DNA of 64,000 nucleotides from Patescibacteria group bacterium (GTDB lineage Bacteria; Patescibacteriota; Minisyncoccia; GCA-002772825): NCBI GenBank assembly GCA_024654625.1, contig JANLHB010000016.1, positions 128,137 to 192,136 of the forward strand, read 5' to 3'. Shown piece by piece: positions 63,168 to 64,000 of this stretch (position 1 is its first letter; each line of letters starts with the position of its first letter). The notes under the pieces were generated by a model. It saw only the letters and a program-made list of their open reading frames with translations, ran no database searches and was not told where the DNA came from. The position numbers and the translations under genes were made by a program.

Positions 63168-64000
63168 ATGAAAAACATAATTCAGTCGTTTAAGATAGTA
63201 TTTCTCGGCTTGATAGTCGCTATCGGCATAAGTTATGCCTTCGCTTGGACTTCGCCTGGTCAGGATCCTCCATTAGGCAATGTGTCGGCGCCGGTGAATA
63301 TAAGCTCAGCTACTCAGTATAAAGCGGGGGCTTTTGGAGTGGGCGGTGTTTTCCAGACGTATACGGATACTTATCTTGCGTCATCGGGTGGCAATGTCGG
63401 TATCGGGACGCCCGCCCCTATTGAAAGGATGGACGTTATGGGCAATTTATTTATAAGTGGGACAAACAAGGGGCTAAGATTGCAAAATGACATTGGATCC
63501 AGTTTCTGGACTACTACCCCTCAAGACGGCATGATGTCTATAGGCGGCACAGGAGGTACACCCCCTTCTTCAGGCCCCCTAAACATACTGGCAACTGGCA
63601 ATGTAGGCATAGGGACAATTGCACCGGCAGAAAAACTTGATGTGGTCGGGAATATTAAAGCCAGCGGGACGGTATGTGATGCGAATGGTTGTATTGGCGG
63701 CGGGGGTGGAACGAGGACAGTAAGCGGAGTTGTGGATTCTACAGGAGCTATACTCTTGGGATCGGGGTTTACCGTTGTAAAGACAGGTACGTCGTATTAT
63801 GACATCACTTTTAACACTCCATTTGCAAGTAAGCCTGTTGTTGTTGCGACCCAAGACAGCTCGGGTGGCGCTGCTTATTTTGAACAAGATCCGCTTTCAT
63901 CAGCGTCCAAGGTGCGAGTTTGGACATTAGACTCAAGTGGTAATTCAGCGGCACGAGACTTTAGTTTTATCGCGATTGATTCGGGAAGTGCCGGAGGCGG
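63168..64000 (+). CDS. Partial (3'-truncated) secreted/anchored protein with GNVGIGTxAPxExLDVxGN repeats and a C-terminal lectin/knob-like region. Not in the supplied ORF track because it runs off the window.
   Basis: Open from ATG 63168 to the window end. Signal-anchor FKIVFLGLIVAIGISYAFAW. Repeats GNVGIGTPAPIERMDVMGN and GNVGIGTIAPAEKLDVVGN. Confidence 0.6.
   Translation, partial: MKNIIQSFKIVFLGLIVAIGISYAFAWTSPGQDPPLGNVSAPVNISSATQYKAGAFGVGGVFQTYTDTYLASSGGNVGIGTPAPIERMDVMGNLFISGTNKGLRLQNDIGSSFWTTTPQDGMMSIGGTGGTPPSSGPLNILATGNVGIGTIAPAEKLDVVGNIKASGTVCDANGCIGGGGGTRTVSGVVDSTGAILLGSGFTVVKTGTSYYDITFNTPFASKPVVVATQDSSGGAAYFEQDPLSSASKVRVWTLDSSGNSAARDFSFIAIDSGSAGG

Overview
The window reads as three blocks. 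Gene calls are motif-based and were not checked by database search.

Block 1 (about 1-18,200) is a phage-derived structural and lysis module on the + strand.
- A 5'-truncated giant protein has N-terminal Kelch repeats and then about 57 tandem copies of a 19-residue repeat.
- Nine genes sit behind it, overlapping or 2-6 nt apart, including a BppU-N-like Ig-domain protein.
- A 1,908-aa protein in this run carries two H-Y-E (PARP-like) ADP-ribosyltransferase motifs.
- The lysis cassette has a holin-like gene, a papain-like peptidase with a peptidoglycan-binding domain, a second holin-like gene and an SLT-like gene.
- No terminase or capsid gene is recognisable inside the window.

Block 2 (about 18,200-38,600) is a cargo and defence island that ends at a tyrosine recombinase.
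- A zinc-ribbon gene and a protein with an Mrr-catalytic-type N-terminal domain and an unknown C-terminal domain form a pair.
- A GmrSD-like type IV restriction enzyme (DUF262 with the DGQQR motif, plus DUF1524) follows.
- An excisionase-family HTH gene precedes a complete type III restriction-modification pair (beta-class Mod with DPPF and FxGxG, Res with helicase motifs and PD-ExK).
- An XRE HTH gene heads a tightly packed seven-gene operon. It encodes a membrane-anchored GrpE-like protein, a divergent 838-aa Hsp70, a J-like protein lacking HPD with a C-terminal membrane anchor, two membrane proteins sharing the N-terminal motif MSDKxxLxFDLxFL, and an AAA+ ATPase. This operon is the most likely undescribed system in the window.
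- A roughly 350-nt RNA gene, bounded by a promoter and a terminator, lies immediately upstream of the recombinase.
- The recombinase is followed by an IS200-like or REP-associated Y1 transposase (HuH motif HYH) flanked by REP-like palindromes.

Block 3 (about 38,600-64,000) is host core DNA with a small-genome, CPR-like flavour.
- It carries DUF1653, a PilM-PilN-SH3b fusion, NUDIX and gatB.
- A sugar-phosphate cluster follows: gap, rpiB, rpe-like, split transketolase, a PfkB kinase, class II aldolase and a 2-hydroxyacid dehydrogenase.
- A prepilin gene is followed by a 2,332-aa surface protein built from three recently duplicated modules, with poly-C tracts in its promoter region.
- The block ends with L25, a coiled-coil protein with a transglycosylase-like domain, RF1 (PAT and GGQ motifs), L31 and a partial secreted repeat protein running off the window.

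TGA is used as a stop codon, so the standard bacterial code applies.
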